Source: a virus
Lineage: Duplodnaviria; Caudoviricetes
Length of the DNA: 37,266 nt
Virus record (IMG/VR): IMGVR_UViG_3300030330_006200
Location: 1-37,266 of that record
Reading direction: 5' to 3' (one strand)
Part shown: positions 1-8,307 of the stretch, piece by piece
Position numbering within the stretch: the first letter of the stretch is position 1
Layout of the letters: each line of letters starts with the position of its first letter
The notes under the pieces: generated by a model
The model's input: the letters and a program-made list of their open reading frames with translations, nothing else
Databases searched by the model: none
What the model was told of the DNA's origin: nothing
Made by a program: the position numbers and the translations under genes

Positions 1-107
1 CGACTGACTATTAAGTGTATAATGCGGGGCACAAGTAGGTTTAAAAGATGAAACTGCATCTTGCCTAACTGAAAGTTGGAGGTAACCAGAAAATCCTCTC
101 ACCCACC
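1..107 (+). ncRNA. 3' end of a probable large structured ncRNA (ROOL-like), truncated by the window edge
   Basis: No convincing ORF. Pairings AAGATG/CATCTT (45-62), TAGG/CCTA and GGAGG/CCTCT, then an intrinsic terminator. The motif order TAATG..GGGC..AAGTAGG..GAAACTGCA..AACTGAAAG..TGGAGGTAA..AATCC matches my recollection of ROOL RNA 3' ends (unverified). Confidence 0.5.
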
Positions 108-112
108 TTTTT

Positions 113-138
113 AAAAAGCCCCGAAAGGGGCTTTTTTT
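113..138 (+). terminator. Rho-independent terminator, possibly bidirectional
   Basis: AAAAA-GCCCC-GAAA-GGGGC-TTTTTTT: perfect GC stem, GNRA loop, T7 tail and an upstream A-tract. Confidence 0.92.
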
Positions 139-143
139 ATGCA

Positions 144-149
144 TAAATA
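144..149 (+). promoter_or_regulatory. T4-type late promoter core (TAAATA)
   Basis: CATAAATA, 5 nt before the GTG at 155. The motif recurs at the same spacing throughout the window. Confidence 0.65.
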
Positions 150-154
150 ATTAT

Positions 155-472
155 GTGAACTTAATAGTTGTAGCCGATTTAACCACAAATGAAGGGCTAT
201 ACTTTAGGTATTTAACAATGATGGCTGAGTCTAATGTTGTTGTTGAAACTACAAAGCCGTTAATTGATTATCACTACAAAAACCTTAAGAATCTTGGTTT
301 ATATGACTATGTAGATGAGATGGTTACACCAGAGTGCGACGTAGAAGGTATACGTATTGATACGCAATTGAACTATCCACTAACCATCCAAACAGATACC
401 ATAGAAGTTACCAATGTGCTACATCTTTTGGAGCAAATTAAACAGTTGAAAAGCATATATAAGAAAATATAA
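155..472 (+). CDS. Hypothetical protein
   Basis: 105-aa ORF filling the gap between the terminator and uvsX, with a late-promoter motif upstream. Confidence 0.75.
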   Translation: MNLIVVADLTTNEGLYFRYLTMMAESNVVVETTKPLIDYHYKNLKNLGLYDYVDEMVTPECDVEGIRIDTQLNYPLTIQTDTIEVTNVLHLLEQIKQLKSIYKKI

Positions 473-473
473 T
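446..473 (+). promoter_or_regulatory. Sigma70-like early promoter for uvsX
   Basis: TTGAAA-N16-TATAAT, with the ATG 7 nt downstream. Confidence 0.7.
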
Positions 474-480
474 CTTATAT

Positions 481-1596
481 ATGGATAAAGATATTGCTAG
501 CGCATTAGACGCTATAGATAAAGTAAACCCTTTTGCTACCTACCTCGATAATAATACTCTTAGTCATGTTGGAGAATGGATTGATACCGGATCATATGTA
601 TTAAATGCGATTATCTCTGGTTCAATTAATGGTGGAATTCCTAAAGGTAGAGTAACTATGCTCGCTGGTGAATCTATGACTGGTAAGTCATTGTTTGTTC
701 AAAAGATTCTAGCTAAAGCACAACAAGAAGGGCTTACGCCTGTTATTTTTGATACTGAAAATGCTATTGATCCAGATGGTGCAGCAAGACTTGGTTTAGA
801 TATCAGTAAAGTAAAATACGTACCTACTACTAGTATTGAACAAGCAAGAAACGCTTTATATAAATTTCTTACTTCTGTTAAAGAGAAAGGACTTGAAGGT
901 AAGTTTATTGTAGCTATTGATTCTCTTGCTAACTTACAATCTGAACTTGAACTTAGTCGTATGAGTAAGGATAGTACTTCATCTGATATGGGTACTAAGG
1001 CTCGAGCTATGAAAACCTTGATGCAAACTTGTACCAACTTAGGCGCTATTACCCAGACTACTATCCTTTGTACTAACCATGTATATGACGATCCTACTGC
1101 ATTGTTTCCTTCTATTGAAAAGAACATGCCAGGTGGTAAGTCGTGTGTATATCTACCCTCTGTAACTGTACAATTAGCGCGTAAGCCTATGAAATCGGAT
1201 GGCGGTAAAACTGTTGATGGTGATTTGGCTGTTGGTCAGAAAAAATACTCTGGTATTATTATTAGAGCTTTAACACGTAAAAATAGATTTATCAAACAAT
1301 ATCTAGAGGGTGAAATGTACCTTTCCTTTTCTACTGGGTTAGATAGATACTATGGTTTAGTTGATCTAGCAGTTGGAGTAGGAGCAGTAGTACAAACTGG
1401 AGCAACCTATCAACTTGAAGATGGTAAAAAGTTAGGATACTATAAAAATTGGCGTAAGGATGAGAAACTCTGGGAAGAGACTATTCTACCTAAAGTAGAG
1501 GAAAGAATTAAAGACGAATGGTCGTATAGCAATAAAGAAGGTGAGGAGGCTCCTGATGAAATTGGATTAGAAGATTTATTAGACGGTGATAAATAA
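481..1596 (+). CDS. uvsX: UvsX RecA-like recombinase
   Basis: IDTGSYVLNAIISG, Walker A AGESMTGKS, FDTENA, Walker B IDSL, NHVY, PGGK, KNRF, acidic tail; T4-like replication context. Confidence 0.93.
   Translation: MDKDIASALDAIDKVNPFATYLDNNTLSHVGEWIDTGSYVLNAIISGSINGGIPKGRVTMLAGESMTGKSLFVQKILAKAQQEGLTPVIFDTENAIDPDGAARLGLDISKVKYVPTTSIEQARNALYKFLTSVKEKGLEGKFIVAIDSLANLQSELELSRMSKDSTSSDMGTKARAMKTLMQTCTNLGAITQTTILCTNHVYDDPTALFPSIEKNMPGGKSCVYLPSVTVQLARKPMKSDGGKTVDGDLAVGQKKYSGIIIRALTRKNRFIKQYLEGEMYLSFSTGLDRYYGLVDLAVGVGAVVQTGATYQLEDGKKLGYYKNWRKDEKLWEETILPKVEERIKDEWSYSNKEGEEAPDEIGLEDLLDGDK
1590..1595 (+). promoter_or_regulatory. Late promoter core (TAAATA) overlapping the uvsX stop codon
   Basis: GATAAATA, 5 nt before the ATG at 1601. 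Confidence 0.55.
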
Positions 1597-1600
1597 CGTA

Positions 1601-2287
1601 ATGAAAATTGGTCATAAATTTCGCGAGCAAATACTAAGCGATATACGTCACGAAGCTTTTAAAAAAGCCGTAAGGTTTGTTAACTATGAGTTAGTACCTG
1701 GTGATATATGTGAGTTCGGATGTTATACAGGAAGGAGCTTAGCTAGTTTAGCGTACTCCCATCAACAATACTTTCAAGACGAGAATCAACATAATAGAAA
1801 GAGTAGTATAGATAGAAATATATACGGGTTTGATAGTTTTGAAGGATTACAAGATTCAGAAGGTCATCCAAGATGGGAAAAAGGTGTATTTAAAATTAAT
1901 CATTCTTTTCACCCTCTCATCGGTTATGGAGAAGACGTTACCCCAGAAAAAGTAGTTAACTTCTTTTCACATTATAATCTACAAACCCCCATTATTAAGG
2001 CTGGTTATTTTGAAGATATAAAAATTGATGAAATTAATAAAATTGCTATATTACATGTAGATTGTGATCTATATACAAGTACAAAAACCGTATTAAACTT
2101 AACTAGGGATAAATTAGTTCCTGGTAGTATAATTTTATTTGATGATTGGTTTCACTTTAGAGGTGATAGAAACAAAGGTGAGCGGAGAGCATTTAAAGAA
2201 TTTTTGTATGAAAATCCAAATATTAAAACAGAGGAATTTTTAAGGTATGGTACCTTCTGTAAAGCTTTTATAATTAATGAAACGTAA
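1601..2287 (+). CDS. TylF/MycF/NovP-family SAM-dependent (sugar) O-methyltransferase
   Basis: GDICEFGCYTG SAM motif, YGFDSFEGL, ILHVDCDLY, LVPGSIILFDDW. Start moved from GTG 1586 to ATG 1601, which avoids the uvsX overlap and fits the promoter spacing. Confidence 0.85.
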   Translation: MKIGHKFREQILSDIRHEAFKKAVRFVNYELVPGDICEFGCYTGRSLASLAYSHQQYFQDENQHNRKSSIDRNIYGFDSFEGLQDSEGHPRWEKGVFKINHSFHPLIGYGEDVTPEKVVNFFSHYNLQTPIIKAGYFEDIKIDEINKIAILHVDCDLYTSTKTVLNLTRDKLVPGSIILFDDWFHFRGDRNKGERRAFKEFLYENPNIKTEEFLRYGTFCKAFIINET

Positions 2288-3035
2288 ACTAGTATTAACT
2301 CTTAGTGGTGGAATGGATTCGTCTGTGCTGTTGTATATGGCGCAAGATCGAGGTTATGAAGAAATACATACTCTAACTTTCGATTATGGTCAGCGACATA
2401 AACGTGAATTAAGTTGTGTTAAAAAACAAATTGATAATTTTAACAAGTTGTTTAGTGGTTGGTTTAATTTAACGGTAACTAATAAAATCTTAGATGTTAA
2501 ATACATTAAGGATATTGCTCCTACTTCATCTCTAACTAATACAGATATTGATAATCCTAATATTAGTGAAATGGCTGGTGATGCGCAACCTGTATCATAC
2601 GTACCGTTTCGAAACTTAATGTTCTTATCTATTTGCTCTTCGTATGCTGAAAGTGTTGGTGCTGATACAGTTTGGTATGGTGCTGCTCAGGTAGATTCGT
2701 TAGCTGGTTACTGGGATGGTAGTGAAGAGTTTGTAGATGTAGTTAATAATGTAACTGATCTTAATAGAGAAAATAGAATTGTAATTGAAGCTCCGTTGCT
2801 TGAAATGTCTAAAGCTGAAATTATTCAAGAGGGTGCTAGACTAGGTGTTAAGTTTAAAGATACTTGGACTTGTTATTCAGATAGAAAGGATAAACTAGCA
2901 GATGCTACTACACCGTCAAGTAGTATGAGAGTAAAGGGGTTTGTGGATGCCGGTTTAAGAGACCCTATTACTTATATCCAACAAGAAAAGTTGGATAAGC
3001 TATACGAAGAAAATAATTGTAAAGAGTGTGCTTAA
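2277..3035 (+). CDS. queC: QueC-family 7-cyano-7-deazaguanine synthase-like PP-loop ATPase (atypical Zn site)
   Basis: SGGMDS PP-loop, FDYGQRHKRE, SSLT, SYVPFRN, TWTCY. Canonical YPDC is YWDG and CGxCxxC is DATTPSS. Confidence 0.88.
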   Translation: MKRKLVLTLSGGMDSSVLLYMAQDRGYEEIHTLTFDYGQRHKRELSCVKKQIDNFNKLFSGWFNLTVTNKILDVKYIKDIAPTSSLTNTDIDNPNISEMAGDAQPVSYVPFRNLMFLSICSSYAESVGADTVWYGAAQVDSLAGYWDGSEEFVDVVNNVTDLNRENRIVIEAPLLEMSKAEIIQEGARLGVKFKDTWTCYSDRKDKLADATTPSSSMRVKGFVDAGLRDPITYIQQEKLDKLYEENNCKECA

Positions 3036-4249
3036 AGACCGTAACGTCTAAGCTCTTCTAACTGCCAATGTGTCTTTGGCTTGTATTTTTCCTTAAAGGA
3101 TTGAGGTTTAATCTCCGTCTTCTTATTACGTTTGTCTGAAGCTGATTGCTCTGTAAGATATGCTGATGTATCTGTCTTATGTGACTCAAGCATAGGTTGC
3201 ATTACTATAGCATCTTCCTCATTTTCACCGTTAAGCTTTCTTATAGCATGCTTCTCTTTATCCTTGTTAACAAGATCATCTAACACGTCTTCATAATCAG
3301 TTGATGGAATATAATCTTCTGGCTGTTCCTTAGTTAAGAAGTGATCAAGATCCTCTGCATCTTCTACTTCAGTAATTCCTCCCCCTTCTTCACCCATTGA
3401 ATACTCATCAGGCTCTTCAGGGCTATCAAAACCATATCCCATCTCCTCGTAATCTTCATCAGGTGCCATCACAACAACTACACTATCACTAATCTTATCA
3501 ACGTCTCTCTTTAACGCTGCTTCAATTTTATCAATACCGTGCGCTGTAACAGCCTTAGCTAATGGAGTATCTGGGTCAACCGAAAACTGAACTGTATCGC
3601 CGCTAATATCTAACCCATCTTCATTAGCATACTTTGAAACAATATTACCAACATCTTCAACACGTCCAGCATCTCTAATTTTAATCTCAATAAATGTTGT
3701 TGGATCCTCTTTTGACATTTGCAAGCTATCAGCTAATTCAGACTCTGCTGCATCCAGTTGACCGACAGTATCTTCAACAGCATCACCCATATCCTTACCT
3801 GCTTTAATGTCTTTAGCTAACTCCAAAGCAGCCTTCTGCGCAGCATATTTTTCTTCTTTTCCTCTATTCGTAGTAGCTCTATTAATATAACGAGCGAGAT
3901 TGTCTTCAATCTCTTTAGCAATTTCATCTTTATTTTGCTCAATTATATCTTCCTTAGCATCTAACAGAGCTATAAGATTATCTTTTTTAGCCCTAAACCC
4001 GGACCCTTTTTTAGCAGCAGCTAATTCTTCATCACTAATGAGTTCTAAATTATACAATGACGTTCTAATAAAATTAATTGTATCAAGCGGCGCAGAACTA
4101 AACCCAGCTGCTTTTAGGTCCTTAGTAATGCCACCAAAAGAAGGGTGGTATTTAGCATAAGGTGATTTTTTAGCTTCTGTAAGGAACTCTGCCCTGTTGA
4201 ATAAATCATTAAAGCCACTAAAATTATCGGTAAAATCGAAGGAACTCAT
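3032..4249 (-). CDS. Acidic hypothetical late protein, possible internal head protein
   Basis: 405-aa ORF, very D/E-rich C-terminal half, perfect TATAAATA upstream, several L-x-E motifs (FLTE, MLES, YLTE). Confidence 0.75.
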   Translation of the reverse strand: MSSFDFTDNFSGFNDLFNRAEFLTEAKKSPYAKYHPSFGGITKDLKAAGFSSAPLDTINFIRTSLYNLELISDEELAAAKKGSGFRAKKDNLIALLDAKEDIIEQNKDEIAKEIEDNLARYINRATTNRGKEEKYAAQKAALELAKDIKAGKDMGDAVEDTVGQLDAAESELADSLQMSKEDPTTFIEIKIRDAGRVEDVGNIVSKYANEDGLDISGDTVQFSVDPDTPLAKAVTAHGIDKIEAALKRDVDKISDSVVVVMAPDEDYEEMGYGFDSPEEPDEYSMGEEGGGITEVEDAEDLDHFLTKEQPEDYIPSTDYEDVLDDLVNKDKEKHAIRKLNGENEEDAIVMQPMLESHKTDTSAYLTEQSASDKRNKKTEIKPQSFKEKYKPKTHWQLEELRRYGL

Positions 4250-4255
4250 ATAATA

Positions 4256-4263
4256 TATTTATA
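4256..4263 (-). promoter_or_regulatory. T4 late promoter (TATAAATA)
   Basis: Exact T4 consensus, 6 nt before the ATG at 4249. Confidence 0.75.
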
Positions 4264-4266
4264 CCT

Positions 4267-4719
4267 ATGAAGCTAAATTATAAGGATTTTAACAAATTGA
4301 CTGAAAAAGAGCTGTATAAACTACCAGGTGTAGGGAGGACTACAGCTAAACGTATCGTAGGCTTTAGACCTTTTCGAAACAATGACGATCTGTTTAAGGT
4401 AAAGGGTCTAGGTAAAAAGACACTTAAGAATCTAGGAATCGAAAAAACTAAAAAGAAAAAGAAAAAATGGTTCACTATCGACGGTGTTGATTACCCAGAT
4501 TATAGTTTAGCTAAAGACAAAAGATATGGTAATATTGATTTGTTTTGGAGGATACCTAAGGAGCATAGACAGTCTGTATCAGAACCTAGCCCGCATATAC
4601 TAAGATTAAGAAAAATCTGCGAACGAATTAGAGAAGAAGGACCTGATGGACCATCTAGTCGTTATGTAGATAACTCTTATATGTGGGAGCCAGGATTTAA
4701 GTTTGATTGGGAAGATTGA
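4267..4719 (+). CDS. ComEA-like double helix-hairpin-helix DNA-binding protein
   Basis: HhH motifs LPGVGRTTA and VKGLGKKT, then a poly-Lys stretch and an unknown C-terminal domain. Confidence 0.8.
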   Translation: MKLNYKDFNKLTEKELYKLPGVGRTTAKRIVGFRPFRNNDDLFKVKGLGKKTLKNLGIEKTKKKKKKWFTIDGVDYPDYSLAKDKRYGNIDLFWRIPKEHRQSVSEPSPHILRLRKICERIREEGPDGPSSRYVDNSYMWEPGFKFDWED

Positions 4720-4743
4720 TTATCGCACAAAATATATTAACAT
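4716..4743 (+). promoter_or_regulatory. Sigma70-like promoter for the GATase-GT-sulfotransferase unit
   Basis: TTGATT-N16-TAACAT, with the ATG 5 nt downstream. Confidence 0.55.
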
Positions 4744-4748
4744 AAATT

Positions 4749-5411
4749 ATGTGTGCAATTTTTGGATCGTTCGATAAGACTATGTTAGAAGTCTTATACG
4801 ACGCAAATAAAGAACGTGGTAATTTTGCTAGTAGTGTTGTATGCTTGTCAGATGATGATCAGTATATTGCTAAATATGAAGGTGATATAAATTTTGATAA
4901 ATTTAACTATGCTGGTAGAAAAGACATAGAATATCTTCTAGGTCATGTACAAGCTCCTACCTCAGCTAAAAGAACTTGGAACTATAATACTTCACATCCG
5001 TTTGAATCTATGACTTGGTTAGTGAGTCATAACGGTGTTTTAACGAATGAAAAAAAGCTAAGAAGAAAGCATACAAGATTTCTAGAAAATCCTGTCGATA
5101 CAGCTGTTATAGTCGAGTTACTTGAGAAATATTCACAGGTTAATAAAACGCCTATCAATACTATTAAGCAAGTACTATCAATGCTCGAGGGTTCGTTTGC
5201 TTTAAGTATTGTTAATTGTGAAACGAACGATGTGTTTATTGCTAGAGTAGGATCTGTATTACATTACAATAACAAAGGTAACTACACTACAATGCCAGGA
5301 ACAGGTTATAAAGTTTTACCAGAAGGTGTAATAATGAGGTTAAATAAGAAAACAAAACGTTGGAATAAAGCTGGGACTTTTGAAGTTAAGTCTCCATTTA
5401 CATTTGTATGA
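4749..5411 (+). CDS. Stand-alone class II (Ntn) glutamine amidotransferase
   Basis: N-terminal nucleophile M-C-A-I-F-G, ERG, GHVQAPT, SHPF, HNGVLTN, VDT, LEGSFA; no fused synthase domain. Confidence 0.88.
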   Translation: MCAIFGSFDKTMLEVLYDANKERGNFASSVVCLSDDDQYIAKYEGDINFDKFNYAGRKDIEYLLGHVQAPTSAKRTWNYNTSHPFESMTWLVSHNGVLTNEKKLRRKHTRFLENPVDTAVIVELLEKYSQVNKTPINTIKQVLSMLEGSFALSIVNCETNDVFIARVGSVLHYNNKGNYTTMPGTGYKVLPEGVIMRLNKKTKRWNKAGTFEVKSPFTFV

Positions 5412-6076
5412 ACACATTTATATTTTCTGCTACAGCAGGTAAAAAAGAAGATTCAATGCTTTATAATACTTGTAAAGATGAAGGAATTGACATCTTTATT
5501 AAAGAGCATAATAAAGAATCGTTACAAAAAACATATAACAAAGCAATCGATTTTGCAATTAAGGAAAGAGTTGAAAATTTAGTTCTTGTTCATGATGATG
5601 TAATATTAGAAGCTTTTTCAGAGAGAAGAATAGAAAGAAACTTTGAAAAATTTGACATAGTAGGTGTTGCTGGCTGTAATAAAGTAACTCTTAAAAAACC
5701 AGTATTGTGGCATTTACTCGGAGGAGGATTTGAAGGAGGGCATTTAATTGGAGCAGTTGCTCATGGTACAGAAGGCCAAAAACATATGGGTGGTTTTGGA
5801 TTTTACCCTAATAGAGCCATTCTTATTGATGGGGTCTTTTTAGTTATAAAGAGAAAAGTATTTGAAAAAATACGTTTTGATGAATCATGTCCATCTAAGT
5901 GGCATTTTTACGATTTAGATTATTCTATGCAATGTCACAAAGCCGGGTTTAAAGTTGGCGTTGGTGATTTTATTGTAACACACAAATCTCCTGGTCTTAC
6001 AGAGTTTACTGAAGAGTTTCAAAAAGGCGAAGACTGGTTTCTCGATAAATGGAAATCAAAAGAACAAAAAGAATGA
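5408..6076 (+). CDS. GT-A fold glycosyltransferase (GT2-like, StrF-like)
   Basis: YNKAI..LVLVHDDV, IVGVAG, IDGVFL, FDE..WHFYDLDYS, VTHKSPG. ATGA overlap with the GATase gene. Confidence 0.82.
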   Translation: MNTFIFSATAGKKEDSMLYNTCKDEGIDIFIKEHNKESLQKTYNKAIDFAIKERVENLVLVHDDVILEAFSERRIERNFEKFDIVGVAGCNKVTLKKPVLWHLLGGGFEGGHLIGAVAHGTEGQKHMGGFGFYPNRAILIDGVFLVIKRKVFEKIRFDESCPSKWHFYDLDYSMQCHKAGFKVGVGDFIVTHKSPGLTEFTEEFQKGEDWFLDKWKSKEQKE

Positions 6077-6936
6077 AAGAATATTTAACTCCAATCGGTG
6101 TAGTGTCCGCTCCACGTACAGGATCCACATTAATATGGCAGTGTGTATTTACAATGATAGCTGGTACATGTCGCTTTTATAATGACTCATCCGGAAACCC
6201 AGATATGAAATTCTTTAATCATATAACTGGAGGAAAGTGGGGAATCCCCGATCTTTTACACGGGCATAAAAATAATTGGCTTGATGTAAATGAAGGTAAA
6301 TTTGAATTAGTATGGCTAACCCCGACTGGTGAGGAAGTCTCGGAAACATTTTGGTGGGACATTGTTATTACAGAAAGAAATTTTATTGATAGCTATTTAT
6401 CTCTAATTCGCGTCGGCTTAAATGACAATGATATGTTTTTAAAATTAATTAATAAAGAGGAAACACTGTTGAGTCGAGTTGATGAATATCGTGACCAATT
6501 GCAATATATAGAATATCTTAAGGCTGAATATAAAGGTAGAATTTTAACCCTGCAGTATGAAAAATTTGCTAATAATTATGATTATATATTTGAAAAGTTT
6601 CAATCCTTTTTTATTCGAGATACATTTCCATGGAAATTAGTTTTAAATGATCAGATAAAAGATCTAATGATAGAAGGAACAAAGAGAGAGAGAAATATTA
6701 AAGTTCAAGAAACTGTAGAAAAGGATTTTGGCGGTAATACATCTGGATTACATAAACGACATATATGGTCTAACAAAATAAATTACAGTAAAGATATTTT
6801 AACTGAAAAAAATTACAACCGTCTTTTAGAAGAATTTGCACCAGAAAAAATTATACCTGTGCGTAATGTGACAGATGAATATTTGCAAAATGTTGAAGAT
6901 AGAGGCGGTAAGAAAACTGTTACTACAAATGAGTAA
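6073..6936 (+). CDS. Sulfotransferase-family P-loop protein
   Basis: 5'-PSB-like SAPRTGSTL, 3'-PB-like RNFIDSYLS, LQYEKF. Start moved to ATG 6073 (ATGA overlap with the GT stop). Confidence 0.72.
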   Translation: MKEYLTPIGVVSAPRTGSTLIWQCVFTMIAGTCRFYNDSSGNPDMKFFNHITGGKWGIPDLLHGHKNNWLDVNEGKFELVWLTPTGEEVSETFWWDIVITERNFIDSYLSLIRVGLNDNDMFLKLINKEETLLSRVDEYRDQLQYIEYLKAEYKGRILTLQYEKFANNYDYIFEKFQSFFIRDTFPWKLVLNDQIKDLMIEGTKRERNIKVQETVEKDFGGNTSGLHKRHIWSNKINYSKDILTEKNYNRLLEEFAPEKIIPVRNVTDEYLQNVEDRGGKKTVTTNE

Positions 6937-6941
6937 CAGTG

Positions 6942-6969
6942 TTGAAAATATATTACTTTAGTATACCAT
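6942..6969 (+). promoter_or_regulatory. Sigma70-like promoter for the helicase
   Basis: TTGAAA-N16-TACCAT, with the GTG 6 nt downstream. Confidence 0.65.
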
Positions 6970-6975
6970 TAAATT

Positions 6976-8283
6976 GTGAGTAAATTAGACTTAGATTATT
7001 TCGAAAATATTCTTATTTATAAGTCTCTTACTGATAGTGGTTATTTGGCTTCTATTGCTGATTTTGTTAAGCCAGAATACTTTAAAAATAAATCGATTGC
7101 TAGTATCTTTGATATTATCAAAGACTTCTCTGAAAAGAGAAATAAACTCCCTACTGCTACTGAAATAAAATCATATCTTGTATCTGACGAGCAGAAAGAG
7201 TCGTTTAAGGAACTTGTTAAGTCGTTTTCTGATATTGATAATACTTTAGATAAAGATGAGTTGTATGATAATACCGAGCAGTTCCTTAAAGAGAAGGCTG
7301 TCTATCATACAATGCTAAATGTTGCTGAAGATGTATCGAGTGGTAAAGTAGATACGTCTGTTGTGTTGGATAAGTTCGAAAAGTCTTGTAATATTAACCT
7401 TGTAACCGATCTCGGTTTAGACTTTTACGGTGATGTTGATAAGCTTATTGATGATCTTAACTCTGTAGAAAGATATGTTCCTAGTAAATGGGAATGGCTA
7501 GATAATTGTCTAGGTGGAGGCTTTCTAGAAGCGGGTAAGGCTCTATATGTCTTTGCTGGTGAAACTAATATTGGTAAATCTATCTTTCTAGGTAATATTG
7601 CGAGTAATATAGCCGAAGAAGGTAAGAACGTTTTATTGGTTACTCTTGAGATGTCTGAGTTATTGTACGCTAGACGTATTTGTAGTAACGTTACTAAGAT
7701 TCCAATGAAAGAACTAGCTCAAAACTCTGCTAGTATTAAGCATGGTATGCGTAATGAAGATGGTAAAATTTTTATTAAAGAGTTTCCTCCTGCAACTATT
7801 ACCGCTAATCAACTTAAAGCGTTTATTAAGAAGTTTGAAGAGCAAGGCATTAAGTTAGATGCTATTGTACTTGATTATCTTAACCTAATGCACTCTACTG
7901 TGGGTAATAATTCATATGAACGTATTAAGCATGTAACAGAGCAAGTACGTGCTATGAGCTACTTGTTTAATTGTCCTATTATTTCAGCTACTCAATTAAA
8001 TAGAGCTGGGTTTGATACAGATAACCCTGACTTAGCTACTATTTCTGAATCTATTGGTCTAGCTGCTACTGCTGATGCTATTATTTCTATCTTTCAGAAT
8101 GAAGAAGATAGAGGTATAGGTGTTATCAGACTTGGTATGATGAAAAATCGTTATGGTCCTAGAGGTAATACTCAAGCTATGAGGATTGATTACTCCACTT
8201 TAACTATTGAGCAAGCAGATGATATTGAGATAGGGGAAGATATGGATGATACCCTTAACGTATTGGCTGGACTTGCACAATAA
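6976..8283 (+). CDS. gp41: Replicative DnaB-like DNA helicase (T4 gp41)
   Basis: Walker A AGETNIGKS, TLEMSE, IKEFP, Walker B VLDYLNLM, SATQLNR, SESIGLAATAD, KNRYG. Confidence 0.95.
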   Translation: MSKLDLDYFENILIYKSLTDSGYLASIADFVKPEYFKNKSIASIFDIIKDFSEKRNKLPTATEIKSYLVSDEQKESFKELVKSFSDIDNTLDKDELYDNTEQFLKEKAVYHTMLNVAEDVSSGKVDTSVVLDKFEKSCNINLVTDLGLDFYGDVDKLIDDLNSVERYVPSKWEWLDNCLGGGFLEAGKALYVFAGETNIGKSIFLGNIASNIAEEGKNVLLVTLEMSELLYARRICSNVTKIPMKELAQNSASIKHGMRNEDGKIFIKEFPPATITANQLKAFIKKFEEQGIKLDAIVLDYLNLMHSTVGNNSYERIKHVTEQVRAMSYLFNCPIISATQLNRAGFDTDNPDLATISESIGLAATADAIISIFQNEEDRGIGVIRLGMMKNRYGPRGNTQAMRIDYSTLTIEQADDIEIGEDMDDTLNVLAGLAQ

Positions 8284-8294
8284 GGAACTTTTAG

Positions 8295-8300
8295 TAAATA
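8295..8300 (+). promoter_or_regulatory. Late promoter core (TAAATA)
   Basis: 7 nt before the GTG at 8308. Confidence 0.5.
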
Positions 8301-8307
8301 CTAGAAA

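Noticed and set aside
1-107. tRNA or tmRNA 3' end
   Set aside because: No GTTCRA T-loop and no CCA acceptor end are visible.
699-1127. 142-aa minus-strand ORF, and similar shadow ORFs (e.g. 3900-4160, 9563-9943, 10764-11081, 16645-16998, 31168-31542)
   Set aside because: They lie antisense or out of frame within well-supported genes, have no motifs and no promoter signature.
2277-5411. Complete Dpd/queuosine pathway or a QatABCD defence operon
   Set aside because: No dpdA/tgt, folE, queD, queE, QatA ATPase or TatD nuclease is recognisable in the window.
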